A stretch of 64,000 nucleotides of DNA, taken from Octopus bimaculoides (lineage: Eukaryota). Positions within the stretch are counted from its first letter, which is position 1. Every line of letters begins with the position of its first letter. The notes beneath the pieces are model-generated. The model did not search any database, was not told where the DNA came from, and saw nothing but the letters and a program-made list of their open reading frames with translations. The DNA lies in the NCBI RefSeq assembly GCF_001194135.2, contig NC_068981.1, forward strand, positions 45,067,289 through 45,131,288, given 5' to 3'. Positions 25,604-39,200 of this stretch are shown here, one piece after another. Made by a program: the position numbers and the translations under genes.

Positions 25604-25615
25604 CAACAACAACGA
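25505..25615. repeat. Compound trinucleotide microsatellite (ACT)n(AAT)n(AAC)n
   Basis: Direct reading. Confidence 0.95.
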
Positions 25616-27317
25616 TATACTTTTTGTAATTATTATAATCATTGTTGTTATAATTTTTTCCTATCATTGTTATGCGTTACTGATGTTTTTTGAAATACTG
25701 GAACGTGTTCCAAATAAACGATACCAAATATTTAGAATGTCTTTGAATCTTGAGGCAGACTTCTGACAACCATACAAATATTCAAATTAATGAAATTAAA
25801 ACCGTGTACCTAGGATATAAAATTCAGAAATGAAACTAATTTCTATTCATTAGAGCGGAACAAATATTAAAATAAAATAAAATGTTAAAGAAAGCATTTA
25901 AACAAATATTTAGAGACTGTTTTAAAGTATTACTTTAAATTTTACGCTAACGAGTTTATAAGATTTGGTGCAGCTGTGTGTGCATAATTTTAATTATGTG
26001 ACCAAGTATTCAAATTTTAGATTTACATTCACGGCAATGGTGGAGGATGCTAGATATTAAAACAACAAAGAAAAGTGCCGTTTATTAAAATGGGACTTCA
26101 TATGCGAAATGTATGTAAACGATTGTACGTTTGTAATCGATTTCATCAATATTTGTATTTTCCAATCCTCTACATCCGAGATGTGTTTCTGTAATTCTGG
26201 AAAGTGTGCACTGTAATAGAATCTAACCTACGTCTATCTTTGTATTGATAACAACACCGGTATCTCATTTTAACCCTTTGCATCAAATCGTGTAAAAATG
26301 ATCACTGAATAAATAAATTATCAGCATCTTTTAGAGACGTACCTTCCCAGATAATAGGATATATGCAAACAAATACTCGATCTGAAATACGATACAAACT
26401 GAAGTAACTAGAAAATCCAAATTCTACGCAACACTATGACATGATAGAATATATTCTTCAATGGTTCAAAAGCATGTACACGTTGAATGTCACATAAATG
26501 TTTGCAACTAAAAACCTTCGCATACCTGAATAACATACGCCACGTAATCTATGTAACTTATGAGAAAACAAATAGAGTTCATGAGAAGCGTATCAAACAA
26601 TAAAAATTCACTTTCAATGGGAAATAATTAAAGTAACCATCAAAATTCACAGAATAGCTGTCTTCTTGTAAAGTAATAAAAATGTTCACCTTTACTAGTA
26701 TTTATATCTGCTGAGCTAAAAAAAAAGAAAGAACATCAATAGCTGATCTAGATGAGGAGTTATATTTGTACTATTTCAATAGTGAAACGTTTGGTAATCC
26801 AGTCGCAATGTCAGTGTTTAGGAAAATTCTGAACAGGATTGAGAAGTAACAACCCTTCTCACTTATATATGCAAGGCCAATCTAATCTTTCCATGATTGT
26901 GAATGACAATTTCAATCAAATACAAGTGCTAATAAATTGTAATAAGCCAAAACCTTCCGGTGACTCTTCTGAAGATTTGAAAATATCCGATCAAACTTTG
27001 CTTTTCAAGCCATAGGCAGACAGTAGATTAAATATGCTAACTTCGCGTATCAAAATGCTATCAGATACCACCAACATATTACTCGAATCCAGAAATTATC
27101 AATCTGCTGTAAGTTCCAAACCAACTCAGGCAATAATAGAATCCTCACGAATTCTTGAATTGCTAATAATGTCTCAGAGCAGGTAATTTGGCTTTCAAAC
27201 TAAAAACTAGTCAAATACGTTTGTATTGCACACCATAAGATATTTGAATACATCAAATGTGAAGGTTACTGGCGCACGCACACACATACACACACACACA
27301 CACATACACACACATAC

Positions 27318-27366
<49 letters not shown>

Positions 27367-27380
27367 CACGCAAACACATA

Positions 27381-28266
27381 TTAGGGATAACCAAGAAAAA
27401 TTGGTAGTTTGCAATATTATTTTTTTCACTTGTGCATGTTTTCACATTTATCGCCTTGAAATTATTCTCCATATGAAGCAAAGCATCGGTCCAAACGCGT
27501 TTTTCGCTATTGGAAGCAGTGCTGGAATTCTTGTGAAGTGATGCATTTCAATGCCTCCGTCGTTTTTTACTTTATCTCCTGTACATCTGCAAATTCCCAC
27601 ACACTAGCTTTCGTCACCAGTGATAACATTCGCAAAAAGGCCCGGATCAAATTCAAGCTGTTTTTTTTAGTTCACGACACGCATTCAGCAGTGGGTTCTT
27701 TGAACTTCCGTGAGCAAGCCGAACACAAATCTTACTACATCTATTTTCATTCGCAATTCATCTCTCAAAATTCGTTGACAGGAGTTCCAGCACACACTAG
27801 TCATATCAAAAATGTCGTCAATTTTCGGTGATGGTACTCCAACATCAGTTCATGAAATTTCACTTTTTCATTCCATCGAAGGTCGACTGTGGCACTGAAG
27901 GACTTAGGTTTTTGAAGCCAAATGTAACCCTTTCTAAAGCATGTAAACCACTCGAAAACTTGTGTTTTGCTCGTTGAATCTTTCGTGGGAGCATTTTGAA
28001 GCATGACAACTGTTTCGTCCACCGTTTTCCCCGGCAGATAACAGAATATCTCAAAAGCACGCTGTTCCTTCGCTTCTACCAAAAATCGACAAACAGGGGA
28101 GACGTACTCATAACAAAGACTCACTACGTGGCAGTTCTACTATATTGCAAGGCGTATGTCGGAAACTGATGCCTGAGGTCGCATCAACAGGCTTCCAACA
28201 TCGGAAGTTCTAACTACAAAGAACTTATCCAATAGAGAACGTTTATGATTATTTTTGGGTACCTCG
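27381..28266 (-). mobile_element. Internally deleted mariner (Tc1/mariner) transposon with degenerate TIRs
   Basis: KEQRAFEIFCYLPGKTVDETVVMLQNA..KTQVFEWF (HTH), NVITGDES (first catalytic D), FQHCFQ*RKTRLDRC; TIR-like ends TTAGGGATAACCAAGAAAAA (27381) and TATTTTTGGGTACCTCG (to 28266). Confidence 0.85.
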
Positions 28267-29579
28267 CAGATAATTACATATGTACAAAAATAGATATATA
28301 CACACATAAACACAAAAATTTATGGGCGTATAGATTATGCGTTTTTGCGTGTGTGCATATACATACATTTTTATGTACGTGTATAAACATGAGTATAAAC
28401 ATATATGTATCCATGTATGATGCATTACAATTTGTATGACTGATGACTATCACATATATATGCCGGTTAAAATATCAATATTACTTCTGTTGATCTCATA
28501 TTACACAGACATTTATCCTCTCTTGTTATCTGATCGAGGGGTTTATAATAGCATTAGAAATACCTATACATTTTTGCATAGACTTTTTCCTGATGTATCA
28601 TTAAACCTATTCCCGAATGAGATTCATTTATTAACTTTCTGTTTCCAAAATTATTTACTACTCTCAAGAACAATCTAATGTAAAAAGCTAAAATTAAAAT
28701 ACGTTATCATGCAATCACAACAACTAACTGATAATCCTATATATTGTTTTACGAGTTTTAATCATTAAGACATTGTCACTGTACCACATTGATCAAGTTT
28801 ATACTTTTACATAAATGAAATCAGGCGCAGATCTTCGACTCATACCCATTTTATCGTTCCCTATGGTTGAATTCACTACATGAAATACGCGAATATGTAT
28901 GTTTGTATTTCATACACACATACATACGTATACATATATGCATATAAATAGATAGAAGATATAGATATGCATATACACACATACATACATGCATACATAC
29001 ATACATATACATACATATATANNNNNNNNNNNNNNNNNNNNNNNNNNNNNNNNNNNNNNNNNNNNNNNNNNNNNNNNNNNNNNNNNNNNNNNNNNNNNNN
29101 NNNNNNNNNNNNNNNNNNNNNNNNNNNNNNNNNNNNNNNNNNNNNNNNNNNNNNNNNNNNNNNNNNNNNNNNNNNNNNNNNNNNNNNNNNNNNNNNNNNN
29201 NNNNNNNNNNNNNNNNNNNNNNNNNNNNNNNNNNNNNNNNNNNNNNNNNNNNNNNNNNNNNNNNNNNNNNNNNNNNNNNNNNNNNNNNNNNNNNNNNNNN
29301 NNNNNNNNNNNNNNNNNNNNNNNNNNNNNNNNNNNNNNNNNNNNNNNNNNNNNNNNNNNNNNNNNNNNNNNNNNNNNNNNNNNNNNNNNNNNNNNNNNNN
29401 NNNNNNNNNNNNNNNNNNNNNNNNNNNNNNNNNNNNNNNNNNNNNNNNNNNNNNNNTCTCTCTCTCTCCCTCTCTCTCTCTCTCTCTCCCTCTCTCTCTC
29501 TCTCTCTCCCTCTCTTCCTGAACAGTTCCACGCTCTCTCTCACTTTGTCACCTTTCTTCCACAAAATTTCAACTGATGG

Positions 29580-30841
29580 ACACGATCAGTTCCAAATCCA
29601 TACAAAGTCAGAGTCAGGTAAACAAAAAACAAAAGATGCGTCGAAATTAGCAGTTCTAGGAGCTCCATCACTTTATTCAAGTTTAGAGCATGGGCGAGGG
29701 TTCTCTCTCCAACGACCTGATAGCGGCGACCTAGAAAAGCTATGGTTAACATAGATCCATGGCACAGATCGTTCGAAAGAAGCAAGAGTTCATATGCTCA
29801 TGTTCTCTTGTCAAACTGCATATCACCCTTCTAGAAAATATAAAGGAGACAGGAGTGCTCAATGACGACCCTGCATGCCTGGAAGTTGATGAAACTGAGA
29901 ACATTACTGACCCCAAAACAGCACTGAAAAAGAATCTGCGAACAACACTGAGAACAGAAATAAGAATAGTCAAAGCTGCACTGTGGTGATAAACAGAAGC
30001 AGACAAAAAACTGACACAGCCAGAGAAACCGATGTCCTTATGTCCAAAGTTAACAAGAAGGACAAGCAAACAGACAAAAAAAAAAGACGAAAGCGCCAAA
30101 AGGAAAAACGAAGAAGCATAAGGATAGAAACTGACAGTGTCCAGGTTGTATATAAATTTAATTAAATGCTACCTGTTGGCATGGAGAAACAGGAGAGGGC
30201 TGCAGCTTTGCTCATCCCAAAACTTATCGGAACAACAAACAGGGAAACCTGAAACAAAACCAGCAAAACCATGGTAGCAGATCATCAAGCATGGCTTTGC
30301 AGACTAATAATGTACCAACTGACAGAGACACGTCTGAAAGGAGAAGGAAACCAGATCAACGCATGCATTTTACACGCATCAAAAGACAATTTTCAGAGGC
30401 TGTACGAACAACAGCTATCGAACAGTAGTCTATTTTTATCATGGCCCAGAAAATATTATAGCATCTGGAATGGATGCAGAGAATGCAAGCTAAAAGCCAT
30501 GCATTTCACAAGACCACCTCAGGTGACAGGCCCAAGATGGCCACCACTAACACTTACCTCGATATCGCACCCATATTGAAGGTCTGCTACAACTCAGCAA
30601 TAGAGGGAAAATTCTCTCTCTAAAGGAGCTTGCTACATGCAGTGAAGCATGACACTCACTGAAACGAATCTAGCCCCTGATGTAACAGATGCGTAAGTGT
30701 ACATACCAGGGTATGTTGTATTTCGTACAGACAGAAGAGAAAAAGTCACGGTGGAGTTGCCATATACATCCGTGAAGACGTTACGCCTCTTGTATTATTG
30801 TCACATTCAAATTCAATTTGCGACACCTTAATAATACATAT
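29580..30841 (+). mobile_element. CR1/L2-group LINE 5' part: degraded ORF1 and start of ORF2 APE endonuclease
   Basis: LTETNLAPDVTDA*VYIPGYVVFRTDR..HGGVAIYIREDV (APE N-terminus, ~30655-30840); upstream LNATCWHGETGEGCSFAHPK zinc-finger-like motif; truncated by a gap. Confidence 0.7.
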
Positions 30842-31590
30842 NNNNNNNNNNNNNNNNNNNNNNNNNNNNNNNNNNNNNNNNNNNNNNNNNNNNNNNNNNN
30901 NNNNNNNNNNNNNNNNNNNNNNNNNNNNNNNNNNNNNNNNNNNNNNNNNNNNNNNNNNNNNNNNNNNNNNNNNNNNNNNNNNNNNNNNNNNNNNNNNNNN
31001 NNNNNNNNNNNNNNNNNNNNNNNNNNNNNNNNNNNNNNNNNNNNNNNNNNNNNNNNNNNNNNNNNNNNNNNNNNNNNNNNNNNNNNNNNNNNNNNNNNNN
31101 NNNNNNNNNNNNNNNNNNNNNNNNNNNNNNNNNNNNNNNNNNNNNNNNNNNNNNNNNNNNNNNNNNNNNNNNNNNNNNNNNNNNNNNNNNNNNNNNNNNN
31201 NNNNNNNNNNNNNNNNNNNNNNNNNNNNNNNNNNNNNNNNNNNNNNNNNNNNNNNNNNNNNNNNNNNNNNNNNNNNNNNNNNNNNNNNNNNNNNNNNNNN
31301 NNNNNNNNNNNNNNNNNNNNNNNNNNNNNNNNNNNNNNNNNNNNNNNNNNNNNNNNNNNNNNNNNNNNNNNNNNNNNNNNNNNNNNNNNNNNNNNNNNNN
31401 NNNNNNNNNNNNNNNNNNNNNNNNNNNNNNNNNNNNNNNNNNNNNNNNNNNNNNNNNNNNNNNNNNNNNNNNNNNNNNNNNNNNNNNNNNNNNNNNNNNN
31501 NNNNNNNNNNNNNNNNNNNNNNNNNNNNNNNNNNNNNNNNNNNNNNNNNNNNNNNNNNNNNNNNNNNNNNNNNNNNNNNNNNNNNNNNNN

Positions 31591-31623
<33 letters not shown>

Positions 31624-32369
31624 ATATATTATCTATGTGAATATAAATGCATACATAGGTACATATATACATATGATTGTATATACGTATAGGGACGCCT
31701 TAGGCGCAATCAGTAGTATTTGGACAGAGAAGATTAGTAGTTTAAGCTGTTTGGTCTCGACAAAAAGAGTATTTCTGCACATGTATTTATGCACGTATGA
31801 GAACGTATGACACTTAATAACGAAATGAGATGCAGCTGCTCTAGATGATAATAAAATATTCAATAACTATATAGCGAACTCTAATGAAATCTTTAAAATA
31901 ATTGAGTGCTTTTATTGTCAATCATATATTGCTTTTGATAAATCCAAGGTTAGTTCTTCTTCAGGACCATCTACCATGCAAGTTACATACAAAAGTTGAT
32001 ATATACAGTTTGCACTTTACATGATAATCGATGAATGATGTTTATAAAAAACAATTATTGAAGTGTCGGGCTATCGTCATCATCATCCATTTCAACACAC
32101 ATACACATGCGTCGTCATGAGTTTGTGTTCTCGCTATTGATGTGCGTGTATTCATATGTTCATATCTAGCTCTCTCTTTCTCTCTCTTCATNNNNNNNNN
32201 NNNNNNNNNNNNNNNNNNNNNNNNNNNNNNNNNNNNNNNNNNNNNNNNNNNNNNNNNNNNNNNNNNNNNNNNNNNNNNNNNNNNNNNNNNNNNNNNNNNN
32301 NNNNNNNNNNTATATATATGTATATATGTTACTGTGAAGCATTGTGTAGAATATATTTTATAAAAGATC

Positions 32370-33725
32370 GTGGGTAAAGCCAAAATAATTCGAAGTAAAT
32401 GCAAGATCAATAACAAGAAAACAAATATGTGGCTTAACGTAGAATTACCTTGTATTCGATATTTTTGGGTTTTGACCCCCATTTTCAAGAAATTGATCTT
32501 GTGTTTCTTTTGGTGTATGAGGATAGCCTAAGAGATAACCTCAGAGAGGTTGCCCCTGTTCCGCTGTCCTGCCTTGATGTGGACAGTGTACTACCGTGTC
32601 TGGCATTTTCGTAGATATTTCTTAACAGAAGTGTCTGCCTGCATGTGTTCCTTAATGCCTACATGCACTTGTGTGATGGGCTTTCGATATAGGATGCGCC
32701 ATATTTTCCACAGATGATGTCATATGCGACTTAGGTCCTGTGGCACAATTCACTGTCATTGATGGGCAGTTCGACAATGTGCACTACTTAGAGTAGTGGG
32801 AGGTATTGTTCTTAGGCACAGCTTTTCTCAGGGAAGGGCCAGCGTGCACTAACTGTATGCCGAGTTCATCCCTTCGGACTGCGAGTTGTATCGCTGCTAT
32901 AGTTCTGTGTGGTAGCTTTAGGAAGCACGTGCTGGTTCTTCCGGGGTTTACTGACCTTGATGCTTTTCAGGCGCCGTTGTTTAGCTAAAGATGGTGGGTA
33001 GCCATTCTGGGTTAGACCTCTGAGGAACTGCTTGGTGTAGACGGCTTTGTCGGTCACGTTGCTCCATATGTTATTTATATGCTCTGGTGGGCAGGGCTGT
33101 CTGGCAGTGAACGGAAAGTTTTCTATTAGCGGCTTTTCTATAGAATCTGGTGAATATGCAGCCTTCCTCTGTCATCTTGCGCTGGAAGTCTAGTAGAGAG
33201 ATCGTTACGGATTCCTCTGTATGTTCAATCAAGAATTTGATATTTACCTCGGTGCTATTGCAGGTCCAGTATATGCTAATGACCTCATCCCCGCAGGACC
33301 TGATGATAAGGATGTCATCAACGTACCTGGAGAATATGCATGAGCAGCAGGGCTTGAGTGCTGTGCGTTCTAGCTTATCCATGTACGTGATGGCAAGCAG
33401 CACTGAAAGGTTAGATGCCATAGGTAGGCCGGAAGTCTGTAAATAACACCGTTATATTGAAAGTAGGTGTTACCAACTATAATGGTTAGTAACTCTCGTA
33501 TGTCTGATAGTGTGAGTTCGAAGAGCTGGACGTTGATTGACAGGGAGGTGTGGGAAGATGAATGGGAAGGTTGGGAGGAGGAATTTGCGAGGGAGCAATC
33601 CCCTCCATCCTTTTTGACGACAGAAGTTCTACAGCGATACAACACGCAGTTCACATGGAAGGACTCGACATAGGAGTTGGTACACATCGGCACTTCCCTG
33701 ACAAAAGCTCTGTCCACGAACAAAA
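32370..33725 (-). mobile_element. Penelope-like element, 5'-truncated (RT, thumb, GIY-YIG, terminal repeat)
   Basis: NTYFQYNGVIY..GLPMASNLSVLLAITYMDKLE..FSRYVDDIL..FYRKAAN; QNGYPP; VAYDIICGKYGASYI. Confidence 0.9.
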
Positions 33726-34264
33726 CCGCTCACAACTCTAAGAGTTGCACATTGTCGAACGGTCCCATCAATGACCCTTAATTTTGCCAGAGGACCTATG
33801 TCGTATATGAGATCATCTGTGACAAATGTTGTGCATCCTACACTGGAAACACATCAACAAAACTGCATGTACGAAATGCAGGCAGGCACTTCCGTTAAGA
33901 AACATCCATGGAAATGCCAGACACGGGAGTTAACAGTGCATATTAAAGCAATACAGCGGGTCAGGGGCAACTTTAGATTCTCTGAGGCTATTCTCATACA
34001 CCAAAAGAAACCAAAGATAAAAAAATAGAAAGGAGTTACAGGAAGCTAAGTGGTAGCTATAGCAACACCCTTCTGCGCATGTCCACTCCACACACGCTCA
34101 CAACACACATGCACATCGGCAACTGTCGCCAAGTTCTTGAAAATGGAGTCATAACCCCAAAATATTGTTTATAATTTAAGTCTACATTAATTCACATATT
34201 TTTCTTATGATTTAGCTTGCATTTACTTCTCATTGTTTTGGCTTTACCCTCGATCTTTTATACA

Positions 34265-34265
<1 letters not shown>
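33726..34265 (+). mobile_element. Inverted partial copy of the same Penelope-like element (GIY-YIG + terminal repeat)
   Basis: TGCACATTGTCGAAC..CCCATCAATGAC and CTTGCATTTACTTC..TTTTGGCTTTACCC.CGATCTTTTATA match the reverse complement of 32370-32800. Confidence 0.9.
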
Positions 34266-34317
<52 letters not shown>

Positions 34318-34327
34318 NNNNNNNNNN

Positions 34328-34374
<47 letters not shown>

Positions 34375-35404
34375 CATACGAATATGCATATATAGCTACA
34401 CATACGTACATACGTGCATGCAAACATACATGAGTGCAAAAGGTTTTGTGTTTAAGTGGATGTATATCACTTGAACATAAAAGAAAACTCCCTGCATGCA
34501 TATCGCTTGAACACGCAGCATTACCTCCAGTAAAACTAAGAACCTGACATACATTCCCTTACTCCATATTTCATTATAGTAGTCTTATTTCAGATTTTTT
34601 TTTCTGTGACGCGACTACTAACGTCTTCTCTTCGTACTCATTGAAATGAACAAATCCAACTAATTACATTCTTCGTGATTTCTGTTAATATTTTTTCTCT
34701 TTCTTTCTTTCACATGTCTTTATTTGTTCATTCATTGTATGAGCGCTCCAATTTTCTTACTGATAATGTTGCAAATTTCAGACTAGCTAAACGTAGGAGA
34801 TTAAAATGCCTTCAAATTTAGTCAGAAAAACTGCAATATAATGTAGCTGTTCTAATCATCTTTAGAAATCTCACTTTCGGCTTTGTGAATGCTATGTTAA
34901 AATGTAAATAGAGACAAGTAGAATATATTTAATTTAGAATTGATACCAGCCGTCTATGTCACTTGTTATGTGTACAGCTCTAGAGCTTCATGGTAGTTTG
35001 CGATTGGTACTTTAATTGTGTTTTGCTACGTTGGGTTTCCTATTGATTAAGTTGCCAAAACGGTTGCAGCTTATTGAAATATAGGCTATAATGGTTAGTT
35101 CTGTAACTGATTGTCGGAAAGAAGAAAAACAGCAACAACAAAATACTATTACTGGTACTATAATTTCGCTTACTTGTAAAATATTGGCTTGCAGAAGCGC
35201 ATACAATAGAGGCGTCTGGTTTATTTGTTAGGAACGGCGAAAATCTTCAAAAGTTCTTGGTTGGCTGAGGTCACAGATTTTGACTTGTTATCCACGTGTA
35301 AGCTAACCAAAGTTCCATCGTAGAGGTGAGATATAAAAAAATATTGAAATAATAACGACGACGATGACAGCAGCAGCAGCAACAGCAACAACGACAATAA
35401 TAAT

Positions 35405-35990
35405 AGGAGTGCATCCAAAATTAAATAAAAGGCATGGCAGTGTATTTGAACAAGACCTTCTACAATATGCTGCTAATGCACAAGGATTTACTACAAATGG
35501 ACTCGAGAGCGCTAAGGAATTCCAATCGCGAATAGCCAACGAGTGAGATGAAACGCTACTCCGCATGAATTAAATGGTCAGTCCCACTGTAAAGCTAACA
35601 ACTTAACAGAGCAGGAAACATCATGGAGGTGGCTCAGCAAGAGTGACCTTAAAAAGAATATTGAAAGCCTCATCATCGCTGCTCAGGATGAGGCATTAAA
35701 TACAAATTTAGTGAAAAGGGATATAGACCACAAAAGTGCAATGAAACTCTGCAAAATGTGTGGAGAGTCGAACGAGTGACTCACATTGTTAGTGCTTGTG
35801 AAAGTTTTGGGCAGAAAGCGTACTAGCACAAACACGACAGTGTAGCTCAAAACCTTCACTGGCTACTATGTCCGAAATATGGATACGAGGTAACGGGTGC
35901 TTGGTACCAACATATAACGAAAAAATTAATTGACGTAAAAGGGAAGGAAAAAGTCCTCGGGGAGTTTGACTTCCAGAGACAGACATCTTA
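35405..35990 (+). mobile_element. R4/Dong-like LINE fragment (CCHC knuckle region)
   Basis: WRWLSKSDLKKNIESLIIAAQDEALNTN..LCKMCGES..THIVSAC..HKHDSVAQNLHWLLC. Confidence 0.85.
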
Positions 35991-36007
35991 ATTTATTAAT
36001 GCAGAAA

Positions 36008-36105
36008 TTTTGAAAGACAAACTCGGCCTCGGCGGAATTTGAACTTAGTACATAAAGAAATGCTTTTTGTGAGGCCTGATAAAGTTTCTGCCAGCATGCC
36101 GCCTT
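36008..36105 (-). mobile_element. Family-A SINE 5' fragment
   Basis: CTCGGCCTCGGCGGAATTTGAACT and TTCTGCCAGCATGCCGCCTT. Confidence 0.75.
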
Positions 36106-36299
36106 AATAACGAAGACAACAACAACAACAATAATAATAATGAAAATAATAATAATAGTAATTATTATTGGTTGACAATCTTGGTTAACACTCCTACTAG
36201 AAATGATGACTCAATAAAAATACCTGTTGGTGGCTAACCTTAAAACACAAAACTTGAATTTGAGTGAAAATGTCTAATACAAATGTATGAAATAACGGT

Positions 36300-39200
36300 G
36301 TTAATGAAGCTAGAACCAAAAGTGAAAGCCTTTCGCACGACAGGTGCCCTTTGGTTGAGCAGCGCAGGCCCGCTCGTCATCCAGAGATTGTTTGTACTCT
36401 AAGCCAGAGGCAGAGATGCAGATGGAACAAGGAGTTAAACCGAAAGGTAATTGGATGCTGGATCGGGAGTGAACCCAGCAGAAGGGGATTCCAGCAACGA
36501 ATTGAAAACAAAATGGAATGAAAAGGGATGCTTCGAAATAAGTGAGCAAAGGTTAGCTGACCAGGCAAGAGCAATAACAGCAAAAGGGTTACTAACAGAC
36601 ATGGAAGTTAAAGAGATGAAAACGAAAGTAGAAATTTAAAATAATTCTTCACCAATAGATAACGTGACCAGTGAAAACAGAGGAGTGAATGGCGGCACGG
36701 TTAGTGAAGACTTAGTGCTAAGTGTAAATGTAAATGCATTCTCAGCAAATGAAGCAGAAGTAATAGAAAAAGCTATATCACAAGAATATTGTTATGGCCA
36801 ACAAGAAGTAGTGATGACGTTGTGCCGATATATTAGAAAAGAACCAGGATCACCGCCCCCCCCCCATCTGTGATATTGATTGACGCCAACTCGAATTTGA
36901 AACCAAAAGGTAGATTCGGTTCTTGGGCTATTCCACACGAGAAATATAACTGCAACGAAGAAGATTATTTGGGCTGCAGCAATGGCTGGTATAGATAGAG
37001 TTGGATACAAAAGAAGACAACAAACAGAAAGTAAAGAAACATACTGACATAGACGAATTTTAGAGAATCAAAGTTAAAAAGACATTTAGGACAAGTTGAT
37101 ACATTGAGAAGAGGAGAACTGCAGAATGAAAGCGTAAGAATAATGTTGGAAAGAACATATAGAATAAGAGCTAACGAGCATGATGTGATATTTGAAGAAT
37201 TGAATCAAAGAGTAGTAGCAATCAAAGCAAAATTAAAAAAAAATATGACAACAGAATAAAACAAAACAATTCAGAGAAAACAGATTGTTTGAAGAAAATC
37301 AGAAGCAGTTTCAGGAATGGGAAATTACACGTAATAGTGATACCAGATCTAGAAGAATGCAGAATATTCTGAGGAGGGCTCTGGGACCAACCTATGATGA
37401 AGCGGAGTGGATGCATGAAATCCAAGTTAGGTTAAGAAATATAGAAGGTCAAGAAGATTTTAAAATAACAACAGAAATGATAAAAGTGTGTTAAGTATAT
37501 TCCCAAATTGGATGAAGAAGCTGAGAGATCTCAATGAAAGGATAGTGCAACACCTTGATGAATGCTTGTAGGAAGGTGCATTACTCAGTTGGATAACATA
37601 TGCAAAGACATTCTTATGTGCTAAGGATGCTGAAAAGGGAAATCATGCATCCAACTTTAGACCAATAACGTGACTTCCGCTAATGTGGAAACTAATGTCA
37701 GGTGCTTTGGCCAGTGAACTCTATAGATACTTGGAAAAAAGTGCGCTGATACCTATTGAAAAGAAAGGGTGCCAACACATGAGCCGAGGAACGCATGATG
37801 AGCTCTTAATTGATCTAAATATCAGGAACTGCAAGAGAAGACACACATAACTCAGCAAGCCATCGGTCAACTATTGTAAAGCATAAGATACGATACCACA
37901 CTCCTGGATAATAAGAACAAGGGAATGTATGGAGTAGGTGAAAAAATGAGAAGCCTTATATGGAATAGCAAGAACTGCTGGAGAACGGAATTGACAGCAG
38001 GGAATCAAGTATAAGAAGAGGTAAAAATCAAGAGATGAATCTTTCAGGGGGACAGTGTGTCCTCGGTGATATTTCTCGCTGGAAGCGATCCCCTTGAATG
38101 AGATACAACAGAAACAAAGTTGGGGTATGATCTGGGAAGAGATAATGGAAACCAGAACCATTTGCTATTCATGGACGACCTGAAGCTTTTCATAAAAAAT
38201 GAGTCGGAACTGGACAGCCTAGTCAAGTCTGTGCAGATTTTCGCCAATGATATTAAGATGGAATTTGGACTCTCAAAATGTGCTGCGATGGTTATGAAAC
38301 GAAGGAAGTATATCAGGATAGAAGCTGCATGGTTGCCAAGTGGTGAAATGATGAAGGCAATTCAACCTCAATCCTCCTATAAATTCCTGAGAATACATGA
38401 GTCAGATAGAATCTGACACATCGATATGAAGAACAAAAACGAAAGGAGAGAATCTGAGGCAAGTGAGGAAAATATTGACTTGAAAGCTGAATGCCAGAAA
38501 TATAATGTGGCAATAAACTCGTGCTCAGTTGCAGTGGTTCGATATGACGCTGGAATCCTTAAGTAGACAGAAGAGAAACTAAAGCAGATGGACAGGAAGT
38601 CAAGATAACTCATAACGATGCATGGAACCCATCATCCTCGTGCAGGCACTGATCGCCTATACATGAACAGAGCAAATGGAGGAAGAGGACTGATAAGTGT
38701 GGAAGACTGCGTGCGTATTGAACTCGCGAGCTTAATGTGATACCTAGCCCAAAGTAAGGAAACCTTGTTAGTATCAGTTTGGAGAGGGTGGGGTATTGAC
38801 TGCAGAAGAAAAAAGGAAAAAGTTCAAAAAGGACAGGAAGAAGAATTACACTTCCTGGGGCTACACAATCATTTCCATGTAGCCACAACAGAAGCTGCAG
38901 GAAAATATAGGTCGGAGTGACTGAAAAAAGGAACATTAGAAAATGAGACTGAGAACACTATATTTGGCAGCGCAAGGCCAAATATTTGCCACGAACTGGC
39001 GTATCAACCAGTGGAATGAGTAAGTGTCTCCGCTGTGCCACATCTGTAATAGTGTGGATGTAAACCAATGCCCATATCATAAATGAATACTTTAAACTTG
39101 CCCAAAACTACCACAAGATGTGGCGACACGATTAGGTAGCGAAAGTGCTATATTGGAAATTGAGAAAAGTTGGGGCTAGCATATTCCTCTGCGATTTCCC

